Source: Haloquadratum walsbyi C23 (lineage in GTDB: Archaea > Halobacteriota > Halobacteria > Halobacteriales > Haloferacaceae). Taken from it: a DNA stretch of 32,000 nt. Numbering within the stretch: position 1 is the first letter of the stretch; each line of letters opens with the position of its first letter. The translations under genes were made by a program, and so were the position numbers. The notes below the pieces were generated by a model. It was not told the origin of the DNA. It was given only the letters and a program-made list of their open reading frames with translations, and made no database searches. The stretch covers positions 1,800,001 through 1,832,000 of the forward strand of contig NC_017459.1 in the NCBI RefSeq assembly GCF_000237865.1. The letters are read 5' to 3'. Shown in pieces: positions 17,691 to 27,292 of the stretch.

Positions 17691-17991
17691 GCTTTCGTCC
17701 TGGCTGTTGGTGAGAGAGTGCCACCACTGTTTTTACTCTGGGTTTAATCAGGGTGGTATCTAGAGGTTTATCGCCCTACTGGGGAGTGGGATTTCCCAGC
17801 AGATTTCGTGGTGTCGGGTTTCATTACATAGTCTAAAGGAAACAGCGAGAGTTCCACGGGTCACCTGACCCGTGGTCGTTTACGCCCCGATCGCCTCGAT
17901 TATTTGTAGATGTACAATCAGGGAGTGAATATATCGAGGTTTACCTCTGAGTTATTCACGCCAGACACGATTCAATAATCGAAACGACCAT

Positions 17992-18705
17992 GTGATAGAA
18001 TGTCACAATAGATATGTGCACGTCGTCGTTAATGCTGCGATCAGTATCGATGGAAAGTTGTCAACGCGCCGCCGCGAACAGGTTGCAATTAGCGGCGAGC
18101 GTGATTTTGAACGAGTCAGTGAACTTCGGGCTAATAATGATGCTATCCTTGTTGGGATCGGGACCGTCCTCGCAGATGATCCACATCTTGTCGTTGAGGG
18201 GTCATACCGGAAACGTCGTCAAGATCAAGGACTCATCCCAACACCGCATCGTATCATTATTGATTCACGAGCGCGGACGCCAACCGATGCGGAAGTCCTT
18301 GATGATGAAGCACCGACATATATTATTGTCAGTGAGTCAGCACCCACCTCCCGGCAAGCAGATCTTGAAGTTGAAGGAGCGAATGTTATTATTGCTGGAC
18401 GAGACCGTGTCTCAATGCCAGCTGCATTATCAGCACTCGCTGACAGCGGAATGAGTTCAATAATGGTTGAAGGCGGTGGTGAAATTATCTTTTCATTATT
18501 TGAGGCTAACCTTGTCGATGAACTCTCAGTATATGTCGGCTCCATGCTTATCGGTGGACGGGATGCACCCACATTAGCCGATGGTAATGGCTTTATCGAT
18601 GACCCCACACAGTTGCAGTTGACATCTGTCAAGCAGATTGATGATGGGGTATTATTACAATATGATGTTGAGGCGACTGCATCGACATATGATTCAATTG
18701 ATTGA
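17992..18705 (+). CDS. RibD C-terminal-domain reductase (archaeal 2,5-diamino-6-ribosylamino-pyrimidinone 5'-phosphate reductase-like)
   Basis: VVNAAISIDGKLSTRR...ERVSELRANNDAILVGIGTVLADDPHL and MVEGGGEIIFSLF are typical of the RibD_C/DHFR-like fold. GTG start, with an alternative GTG at 18016. Confidence 0.8.
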   Translation: MIECHNRYVHVVVNAAISIDGKLSTRRREQVAISGERDFERVSELRANNDAILVGIGTVLADDPHLVVEGSYRKRRQDQGLIPTPHRIIIDSRARTPTDAEVLDDEAPTYIIVSESAPTSRQADLEVEGANVIIAGRDRVSMPAALSALADSGMSSIMVEGGGEIIFSLFEANLVDELSVYVGSMLIGGRDAPTLADGNGFIDDPTQLQLTSVKQIDDGVLLQYDVEATASTYDSID

Positions 18706-18789
18706 AATTAATATTGAGACATTGAAATCAGCGGTGTTGTTTTGCAGTCACACAGAACCACTAAGAGGACGCCGATACAATGTATTATT

Positions 18790-19128
18790 ATGAGTGCTCC
18801 TGCAGCAACTGACGAACCGGTCCACGTTGAGAGTCAATCAGATCTTGAGTCGTTCGTTAGCGATCACGATATTGTTCTTGTTGACTATTATGCTGATTGG
18901 TGTGGTCCATGTAAGATGCTTGAACCCACTGTCGAGGAGATTGCAACAGAGACGAATGCTCTTGTCGCCAAGGTTGATATCGATGAACTTCAATCACTAG
19001 CACAGGAAAAAGGAATCCGGTCAGTTCCAACATTACAGTTCTATGCCGACGGCACGATGGCAGAACAGGTCATTGGCGTCCAAGATAAGAGTGATCTTAT
19101 GTCGGTTATTGACGGTCTCACAGATTAA
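18790..19128 (+). CDS. trxA: thioredoxin
   Basis: It has the WCGPC active site and VPTLQFY. The ATG at 18790 lies inside track ORF 18742..19128. Confidence 0.85.
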   Translation: MSAPAATDEPVHVESQSDLESFVSDHDIVLVDYYADWCGPCKMLEPTVEEIATETNALVAKVDIDELQSLAQEKGIRSVPTLQFYADGTMAEQVIGVQDKSDLMSVIDGLTD

Positions 19129-19196
19129 CTGTCTGATATGTAATACAGCGTAGGACCGTGTGTTATCATGGTATGCTTGGTGAAATTATCAATGAT

Positions 19197-19220
19197 TATA
19201 TGATATATGATATATGATAT
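19197..19220. repeat. (TATATGA)x3 tandem heptamer in an AT-rich spacer
   Basis: A direct read: tatatga tatatga tatatga tat. Confidence 0.8.
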
Positions 19221-19418
19221 CTTTATTATCAGGTTTAGCTAAATTAAGCAAAAGACCGCTCATTAAGAACCGACTGAAGTGGACGAACACGGAGGGGATA
19301 TATCTGTCAATCGTAACTTTTGATATCATAATATGAGATGTAATATACTGTTCTTATGTGGGGTCGTTTCAACTCATAACGCATACAAGAGTAACATTCA
19401 TTTTTGACGTTCTGCCAT

Positions 19419-19545
19419 GTTTAATTCAGGCAGACTCAACCTCTCAAGCAAGATGTTTGAGAAAAAGAGTCTTGATCGGGCTGTGAACGCCCCCACAGCG
19501 AGTGATTCTCTCTGATCTTGGATATGGTCAGACCCTGAATTAAAC
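19419..19545. repeat. 127 bp inverted-repeat unit (12 bp perfect arms) enclosing a GC-rich hairpin
   Basis: gtttaattcagg (19419-19430) pairs with cctgaattaaac (19534-19545). Inside, gctgtg-aacgcccc-cacagc forms a hairpin. Confidence 0.45.
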
Positions 19546-19658
19546 TCCATCAAAAGCTCTACGCTTAACCAATTCACACGAGCAATCGAGTAGGGTTATA
19601 TAACTGTTACAGAATCCAGTATCTATGAGTAACTACCAGTAGTAAACAGCATATCAGA

Positions 19659-20262
19659 ATGCCACGGTCGTGCTCGATTGGCGAGTTCGCAGACGAACTC
19701 GATGTTCACCCCCAGACGATTAAACGCTGGTGTCGCAACGACGATTTCGACTACACCCGAACACCCAGCGGTGAACGTCGAATTCCACACCGAGAACTCC
19801 GCCGGCTCGCAGGCGACACTCGCTCAACAGACTGTGTTGCACTTTACGCCCGCGTCTCACAGCCAGAGTGAAAACGGCGACCTTGACCGCCAACTCGCCC
19901 GACTCACGGAATACGCTCACGACCACGGATGGAGCGTCGAAAACACCTATACCGACATTGGAAGTGACCTCAATAAGGACCACCGTGGGCTCAATCCCTT
20001 TTCGATGACGTACAGGAAGCCGACCACGGACGCATTCTTGTCACTCATAAAGATAGACTCACCCGTTGGCTTCTCGTATCTCAAGCGGCATTTCGACTAT
20101 TACGCCATCACAGTCACCATCATCGAAGACGGGACGGACAAATCTGCACAGGAGGAACTCGTTGACGACCTCATCAAGTTCGTCGCCAGCTTCAGCAGCA
20201 AAATCTACGGTATGTGCTCATCAAAAAACAACAGGTCGTCAATACTGTCGAATCAGAGGTGA
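19659..20262 (+). pseudogene. tnpA: IS607-type serine recombinase tnpA pseudogene (at least 3 frameshifts)
   Basis: Frame 0 gives the HTH IGEFADELDVHPQTIKRWCR and ALYARVSQ, then a stop. Frame +1 gives DLDRQLARLTEYAHDHGWSV..DIGSDLN. Another frame gives GRILVTHKDRLTR. The sequence then returns to FGFSYL...ELVDDLIKFVASFSSKIYG. Confidence 0.75.
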
Positions 20263-20268
20263 AACCCG

Positions 20269-21762
20269 GTGAGTGACCACCTTTCACTCCCGATTCACTT
20301 GCCAGACGAAGAGGACAAACGGTTCGAACGACTGGCAACACTCATCCGTCGTGTCGCCAACCATGTTCTCGAAGACCATTGGACGCCGGTCCATCTGGAC
20401 GGGATTACTGACGCATCGCATCAGGCGTGGAAATATTTCGATGAACATGAACCGTTCGAAGAACTCGACCTGTATCTCCCCCCGCGGTTTCGACGGTGCA
20501 TCTTGCAGAAAGTCGGGGAAACACTCCGCAGTCACGTCGACCGCCGAGACGCCTTCCAGTCTATCCAAAGCATAAAATCCGACGCATCCACCGTCGTTGC
20601 ATCAAAGAACAACTCTGGGATGACAGTGACTACATCTCGTCAGGCTACATGGACATCCTCATCGACCAACTCACCAGCTACTACGACCGTCACGGGGCGT
20701 ATCCAGCCACGTATTTCGAAATGCAAGGCTATCCAGAGTACGATAGCGGCGTCTTGCCGTTCTATGCGGACGACGGCCCAACCAGCGGTCAAGCCGTCAA
20801 ATACCAGTACGACGCCGACGGTGAGATGTTGATCATCCGGCTCAAGACGTCAGACACGCCGTCGCCGGAGACACGAGGGGACTGGTCGTGGATGGAGCAC
20901 GAGCGCGTTACGAAGCGTTTCACGATCTACTGTCCTACGGTAATCTCTCGGCTTTTGAGTTCCAACCTTCCCGGCGAAAGACCGGTGACGCCTATTACGA
21001 ACTGTCCTTTCCTGTCGAAGTCGATCAGATAGAGACAAACGACAACGTTGATTCCGTGCTGACCCTCGACGCTGGGATGCGGAAAGATATGACTGCTGTG
21101 ATGGTCACTGACGACGGCGAACAACTGTCTACGCCACATTTCATCCAGTTCACTGACCGTGACGTGATGCGATGGCTCTACCGTGAACGAACTCGACTGA
21201 GCGATCGCCTTGCCGCGTTGCGCCGTGATGGTCGCTCGCATACTGACGAGTTCGCGCACATCCAGAGCGAATACGAACGAGTAAATAGCAAGATTCGGCA
21301 CAAGCGCGAACAACTGACGCACAATGTAGCCAACTAAGTTCTCGCACTTGTGCTCACCTACGACGTGGACACGATTGTCCACGAGGATCTGCGGTCGCTC
21401 TCCCCACCGGGTGACGAAGGCACGTTGTCGTGGGAGCTGTCATCGTGGGCTCGGCGTGAAATTATCGAGAACATCGAATACCGAGCAGACTGCGCTGGAG
21501 TAGCTGTTGAACAAGTCTATTCACGGGGGACGAGCCAGTCGTGTCCCCGGTGTGGCTCACATAGTCACACCTGCAAATCGCCGACCACCAGAAAGAACAG
21601 TGGTTGGGCGGGCACTTCCGGTGTGACAACACCCGATGTGGGTTCGAAGGCGACCGGGATTACATCGGGGCGCTGAACGTGACTCACGTGTTCTTCAGCG
21701 AGACAGACGAGCTAGACCATGGAGTCACATCCTCCTACGGGGGGATGCTGAAATCGTGCTAG
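20269..21762 (+). pseudogene. tnpB: tnpB pseudogene (at least 4 frame changes plus an in-frame stop)
   Basis: The fragments carry LTLDAGMRKDMTAV (RuvC-I), TIVHEDLRSL (RuvC-II), a CPRCG...FRCDNTRCGF zinc finger, and GDRDYIGALNV (RuvC-III). They are spread over the track ORFs 20269-, 20496-, 20888- and 21350-, plus a final frame ending in TAG at 21760-21762. Confidence 0.75.
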
Positions 21763-21951
21763 TTGACCGTTCTGCTGCACGCGAGTTACGTTCGGGTCTG
21801 GAATCGTCGCCTACGAACCCGAACAGGCAGAGGCGGCTGGTGGTGGATCGGCTGTCATAGCGCCCGCTGTCGCCGTGCCCAGGTCGAACGCAGATGGTAG
21901 TGATGGACGCGGTCCAGTCGTCCAACAGTGTACCTGTCTCTTACGATGCAC
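21640..21951 (+). ncRNA. putative omega-RNA/reRNA scaffold region of the IS607-type element
   Basis: A GC-rich non-coding tail overlaps and follows the tnpB 3' end up to the element end. The call is positional inference only. Confidence 0.25.
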
Positions 21952-22075
21952 TACTGAAAGCTACTGAAAATTGGAACGGTAGCGTAGCTCACTCGACCAT
22001 ATCATATCATATTATACTGTCCTTCGTAATTACCTGCCAGGGAGGTTTTTTACCACAGAGGTGAAATGATGAAGT

Positions 22076-22801
22076 ATGATTTCGCTTGATGAAGCCGTTA
22101 CAGCTCGACTTGAGTCACACGGTGAACGTTTTGAGGTACTTATCGACCCGGATGCAGCACTTGAGATGAAACGTGATGAGTTCGACGATGACATTGAAGA
22201 TGTCATTGCTGCTGAAGATGTCTTTGAAAATGCTGCGAGAGGTGACCGACCCGCAGAAGAGGATCTTAAAGCGGTATTTGAGACAACAGAACCACTTTCG
22301 ATCATTCCAACTGTTGTCAAAGACGGTGAAATCCAAATTACCGCTGAACAACGTCGAGAAATGCAAGAACAAAAGCGGAAACAGCTAATTAACCAAATCG
22401 CCCGAAATGCAGTAAATCCACAGATGGATAATGCACCACATCCTCCAGAGCGAATCGAGCGGGCGCTTGAGGAGGCTGGATTTCGTGTTGACCCAATGGA
22501 GCCGGTTGAATCACAAATCGATGATGCACTCGATGACCTTCGACCTGTAATACCAATCCGCTTCGATGAGGTGACTGTTGCCGTCCAAGTCCCGGCTTCT
22601 GATGCAGGAAAGACACAGGCGCAAGTGCGTGAATACGGCGATCTTGAGCGTGAAGAGTGGCAACCCGATGGATCCTGGGTCGGTGTTGTCACCTTTCCTG
22701 CGGGAATGCAAAATGATTTTTATGATCTTATGAATGAGTTGACCTCCGGTGAAGCCGAAACACGAATACTCAAAAATAAGGATGAGATTAGCACCCGATG
22801 A
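22076..22801 (+). CDS. SBDS-family ribosome maturation protein (Sdo1 homologue)
   Basis: [20 protein letters not shown]...[22 protein letters not shown] is the conserved SBDS/FYSH N-terminal domain. The 241 aa length is typical of archaeal SBDS. Confidence 0.85.
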   Translation: MISLDEAVTARLESHGERFEVLIDPDAALEMKRDEFDDDIEDVIAAEDVFENAARGDRPAEEDLKAVFETTEPLSIIPTVVKDGEIQITAEQRREMQEQKRKQLINQIARNAVNPQMDNAPHPPERIERALEEAGFRVDPMEPVESQIDDALDDLRPVIPIRFDEVTVAVQVPASDAGKTQAQVREYGDLEREEWQPDGSWVGVVTFPAGMQNDFYDLMNELTSGEAETRILKNKDEISTR

Positions 22802-23073
22802 AGAATATCTTAGAGTGATCCCTCGATATACTCAGTCATCTGTCCGGGCATATGAATAAATATCGGTGAATACAAGCAGGATGTTGAAAGGACGGAACAC
22901 GCGCCGGAGACACGCTTGACCCCGCCCACGGTGGGTCATGGAACACGCGCTGTCATTTCATTTAGAAACGAGGCGACACCAATACTCATCTGATGTGTTG
23001 TTTTGTGGGTTATTTGGATTCGAGTAATCCGAAAATATATTTCTATACATATTGTTATATAACATATATACTG

Positions 23074-23397
23074 ATGCTATCTTTTTCCTCTGATCTAAAT
23101 CGATCATTCGAAGCACTCGATGGGGTTACACATACTGAAAATATAGTGAAGTTTGATATCACAGCTTACAGCAGGTTTATTGAGATAGTTGCAGGTATCG
23201 ATGTTACTGATAACCTCTGTAAGAAGGAATACTATCGAATCAGAAATCGAGTTGAGGCGTTTATTCATGACGCAAAGCGCTATCAGATATGGAAACCAGC
23301 GTTGCTTGACGCATACCCTGATGTCGATTTATTAGCAGAAATAACTGCACTTACGCGCGCCCTCCGACAATACGAACAACAGCGACTCACTCATTAA
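23074..23397 (+). CDS. hypothetical protein (107 aa)
   Basis: The ATG at 23074 lies inside track ORF 22993..23397. The upstream part of that ORF is AT-rich and not protein-like. No motif was recognised. Confidence 0.35.
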   Translation: MLSFSSDLNRSFEALDGVTHTENIVKFDITAYSRFIEIVAGIDVTDNLCKKEYYRIRNRVEAFIHDAKRYQIWKPALLDAYPDVDLLAEITALTRALRQYEQQRLTH

Positions 23398-23624
23398 TCA
23401 ATTATCTATGAATACTAGTTCAAAATTAGCAGATTATGGATTCTTCATCCTGACTTCAGGGGACGAACGGTTCCAGTGCGAGTAAGATACTGATAATAAT
23501 GATCTATTGTATTTCTATCTGAGGCTTGCCACTAAGATGATCATAAAATCGAGTGCCCACTTGATTGCTGTGGTAATGAGAATCTGCTAATAGACTACTC
23601 ATCCCCCAGATTAGCCATCTGCAG

Positions 23625-23930
<306 letters not shown>

Positions 23931-24049
23931 TAATTCATCTTCAACAGTCAATACTAAAGAACAATTGGTATCATCACGCGATCAAGTGACATACATATAA
24001 ATATGATTTATTTTGTATGATATTATAATTTGTAACTGATATATTATCC

Positions 24050-24119
24050 ATGTGAACTACCCCACCCTACTCGCTCGCCACAGTAGTGGCTCGCTCCTTG
24101 AGGACGGGGGCTTAGCGCC
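24050..24119 (-). repeat. GC-rich ~70 nt module, copy B (IS200/IS605-type right-end-like remnant?)
   Basis: It has atgtgaactaccc (24050-24062), then caccc, tactc and a similar GC-rich tail. It is related to 4683..4753. Confidence 0.35.
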
Positions 24120-24200
24120 TATAAACTGCTAAAACGCGAATGAATTCTGTATCTTACATGGTGATCTCCAGAAGCAACCATTGAATAAGCGTATATATTA

Positions 24201-25235
24201 TCATGATTTTCGAACTGACATGCGTCGATCAGTGATAAGATCAAATCGACTGTTGGTGTCTCCAAGAACAAATAATGCATAATATCGTAAGAATATTTGA
24301 ATTGGTACTGCAGCGAGGATCGCAGTTGAAAGGATTCCAAAAGCAAATACGAATATCGCACCAATGATGAGTATAATACCGATTATGCCAGTTGCCTCAC
24401 CAAGAAGTATACCAGCAGCAAGAATTACGATTGCTGGAATCGCGAATATAATTGTGGAAAGAGTTAGTATCAGACCTGTTGCAATGCCGATAATAAGCTG
24501 TAGAACGAACCGAATAATCAGATATATGCTGTATTCTTTCCACTCACTGCGTACTGTCGGCCAGAAGCGCTGCCATGCTGTGAGAAGTGTCTCGTCTTGA
24601 GTAATCATCACAGGAACGACAAACGTTTTTGTAAGTCCGGTCAGCAGACCACTAAGAACAATAGTTGTCACACATATGCCTAAGGCAAAAATAACAACAC
24701 CGAATGAAGGTGAATTTCCGCTCGTGATGAGCGGTGTCACGACGGTGAGTGCGATGACAGCAATTGGGATAACAGTGAGTGCCCCTACGACTAATCGGAA
24801 CCCAAGTAGACGAAGTCCCTGTCTCCACCATTGTCTCCAATATGCCCGGATTTTGATCCGTTCTTGTCGGAGGACCTCAACGAACATAAACTCGAAGACT
24901 GATCCAACAGCTAATAAGCCAATAAAACACAGTAGAATAACCACTACAACGCCAATAATAAGAGATAACTCAGAGTTATCAAGCGTCGTTAGCATATCGC
25001 TAAAACTAGCAGTATTGGATCCTGGTCCATCCATCACAGGATTATCAGTATCAACATTTCCAATTCCAGTGAGAAGTTGAACTGGACCGATACCGCCGAC
25101 ACCACCAAGAAAGACGATTAAAAATCCAAGTTTTACATACTGTTGTATATCTGGTGGCGATAGAAACGCAGTTGTTGCGCGAATCGCATCAGTAATATCC
25201 TGAATTGCGGTTACTGAGTCGGTATTGGAGGGCAT
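24201..25235 (-). CDS. polytopic membrane protein of unknown function
   Basis: A 344 aa protein with about 6-7 hydrophobic helices and a Gly-rich loop. No catalytic motif was recognised. Confidence 0.7.
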   Translation of the reverse strand: MPSNTDSVTAIQDITDAIRATTAFLSPPDIQQYVKLGFLIVFLGGVGGIGPVQLLTGIGNVDTDNPVMDGPGSNTASFSDMLTTLDNSELSLIIGVVVVILLCFIGLLAVGSVFEFMFVEVLRQERIKIRAYWRQWWRQGLRLLGFRLVVGALTVIPIAVIALTVVTPLITSGNSPSFGVVIFALGICVTTIVLSGLLTGLTKTFVVPVMITQDETLLTAWQRFWPTVRSEWKEYSIYLIIRFVLQLIIGIATGLILTLSTIIFAIPAIVILAAGILLGEATGIIGIILIIGAIFVFAFGILSTAILAAVPIQIFLRYYALFVLGDTNSRFDLITDRRMSVRKS

Positions 25236-25698
25236 GTGTCAATTGGTTGTATCTATATCAAAAGTAGTTTTGATATATGCACATCAGCTTGAGTCTCCCA
25301 GATTGTCTCGGATCTATCAAACTTTGAGGGCATGTCCACCTGCTATATGCAGTCAACTGTGACTGTGACGGGGATTGAGTATGAGTATTTTGAGACGCGA
25401 ATCTTTTGTATCAAAGTTGTGATGATCTGGAGATGTCTCTTCAGATATCTCTGCCCTGTTATATCCAACGGATAGCCGAATTGCTCTGTGATCTGTCGCC
25501 ACATATGGAAACTGCACTTCTACAAATACCGAGTTAATGTTTGAAATGCGTTTGTGAGATGACCGTAGGTTGTCAGACGATATCGAATAGCAGTATAACT
25601 AAGGAATCTCAGATCTGAGGTGATTGTCTATAATCCTGAAGCGGTGAATAAGTCACTTCAAGTAAACAGGTTGATACAACTCTCGCGTTTATTTACTG

Positions 25699-27015
25699 AT
25701 GATGGTTCTTGGTATTGAGTCTAATATTGACTCGCGAATTCTTGCTCTTGCAATAGCGCGGATGGTCGATGCGCTCGCAAATTCGTTTTTAGTCGTTGTT
25801 CTTCCATTGTATATTGGGAGTCAACTCGTTTCGCTTCCAGCTTTTGTGGGTACAACTGTACAACTTGGGTCGATTCCATTTACGCTGACACCTGAGTTAC
25901 TCATTGGGGTCGTTCTTTCATTATTCGGATTTCTAAATAGCCTTGGACAGCCATTTACTGGGTCACTATCAGACCAGACGGGAAAGCGAAAACTGTTTTT
26001 ACTTATTGGGCTTTCGCTTGTCGCTATTGGAAGTGCAGGATACATCTTCTTTACTGACTATCTCTCGGTCGTTCTTATGCGTGCACTTCAAGGAATTGGA
26101 GCAGCGTTTACTATTCCTGTCACTGTTGCACTAGTGAATGAGCTTTCTGCAGCAGATAACCGTGGAGGAAATTTTGGACTATTCAACACTTTTCGACTCT
26201 TAGGATTTGGCATGGGACCTCTCGTTGCTGGGGGTGTCGTTGCTGCTGGACCGTATTCGCTGTTGGGTCTGGGAATTCCACTTGAGATATCTGGATTTGA
26301 TGCTGCGTTTATTGTTGCTGTCGGAGGAGCATTGGTTAGTTTTGTGCTTATTGCAATACTTATCACTGATCCAGAACAAGCAGACGGGCAGGCAGCTGAA
26401 GATATCAGTATCCGTGTTCGTAGCGTCGACGGGACTGGGCTTGACCCTGTGTTTGCGCTTGGTGTTGCAACAATCGTCATGGCACTTGGACTGGCAATTT
26501 ATGCACCACTAGCCAATAGCATCAATGCACGTCTTGATCAAGGAACGTTCCTCTTCTCACTGCAGTTTGGTGCGACTGTCTTCGCGAATGTGCTATTTCA
26601 ACTCCCAATCGGACGGTTAAGTGATATATATGGACGACGTCTATTCCTTATTTGGGGGTTTGTACTCCTCCTTCCTTCGACGCTTGTACAAGGATTTCTC
26701 ACCTCTTCGCTACTGATGATTGTTGCACGATTTATCCAGGGAATTGCTGTCGCAGCAGTATTTGCTCCATCACTCGCACTCGCTGGTGACCTTGCTGGCG
26801 AGGGTGAATCTGGGTCAACGCTCTCATTACTTACAATGGGATTCGGACTTGGGATTGCTTTTGGAACATTATTCTCAGGAATCCTCGTTGGATTTGGGTT
26901 TGCAACGCCATTTGTTGTTGCAACAGTGCTGAGTGCTGGCGGACTGATACTTGTCTACACACAAGTTGGTGAACCAACGAATATTGAACAACCAACCCCA
27001 ACGCCAGGAGATTGA
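25699..27015 (+). CDS. MFS transporter
   Basis: A 438 aa protein with about 12 TM helices. GSLSDQTGKRKLF and GRLSDIYGRRLF are the MFS loop 2-3 and 8-9 signatures. Confidence 0.85.
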   Translation: MMVLGIESNIDSRILALAIARMVDALANSFLVVVLPLYIGSQLVSLPAFVGTTVQLGSIPFTLTPELLIGVVLSLFGFLNSLGQPFTGSLSDQTGKRKLFLLIGLSLVAIGSAGYIFFTDYLSVVLMRALQGIGAAFTIPVTVALVNELSAADNRGGNFGLFNTFRLLGFGMGPLVAGGVVAAGPYSLLGLGIPLEISGFDAAFIVAVGGALVSFVLIAILITDPEQADGQAAEDISIRVRSVDGTGLDPVFALGVATIVMALGLAIYAPLANSINARLDQGTFLFSLQFGATVFANVLFQLPIGRLSDIYGRRLFLIWGFVLLLPSTLVQGFLTSSLLMIVARFIQGIAVAAVFAPSLALAGDLAGEGESGSTLSLLTMGFGLGIAFGTLFSGILVGFGFATPFVVATVLSAGGLILVYTQVGEPTNIEQPTPTPGD

Positions 27016-27292
27016 AATAGTAATTCAAACCTATTTCAATAAATTAGTGCTGTCCGGTGTGACGTACGATATTACTGATTGAATACTATATATTAAAAAT
27101 AGCATAATGAGTGGTCGTCAAAATGTAAGATATAACCAATCGCTCCACGGTGAAATTAACCTGATTCTAATGGATTAAAACCAATATCAATACGCCAGTC
27201 TATCCGTAATATAGTATAGATTATAAAGTATACTCACGATCACAACAAAGCAATACATTTGAATTGAATCATGCAGACTATTTCATACAGTC

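Larger units (their letters stand above)
16719..17883 (-). mobile_element. IS1341-type (IS200/IS605 family, TnpB-only) element remnant
   Basis: A GC-rich block in AT-richer surroundings. It contains fragmented TnpB frames. A subterminal perfect 22 nt palindrome, ccacgggtca-cc-tgacccgtgg (17854-17875), sits at the 5' (left) end. Boundaries are approximate. Confidence 0.7.
19620..21951 (+). mobile_element. IS607-type element (serine-recombinase tnpA + tnpB), both genes decayed
   Basis: A GC-rich block holds an MerR-HTH/resolvase-type TnpA followed by TnpB, both broken by frameshifts. The left boundary is not determined. The right boundary is guessed at ...cgatgcac (21951). Confidence 0.7.

Noticed and set aside
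22030-22692. A 220 aa Ser-rich ORF lies antisense to the SBDS gene.
   Set aside because: It is the antisense shadow of a well-supported conserved gene, and its composition (Ser/Arg/Cys-rich) is not haloarchaeal-like.
24364-26480. Antisense ORFs lie inside the two membrane-protein genes (24364..24600, 24676..25080, 25821..26045, 26088..26480, 26207..26512).
   Set aside because: They are shadows of hydrophobic-protein genes. The sense frames show regular TM-helix periodicity and, for the MFS transporter, family signatures.
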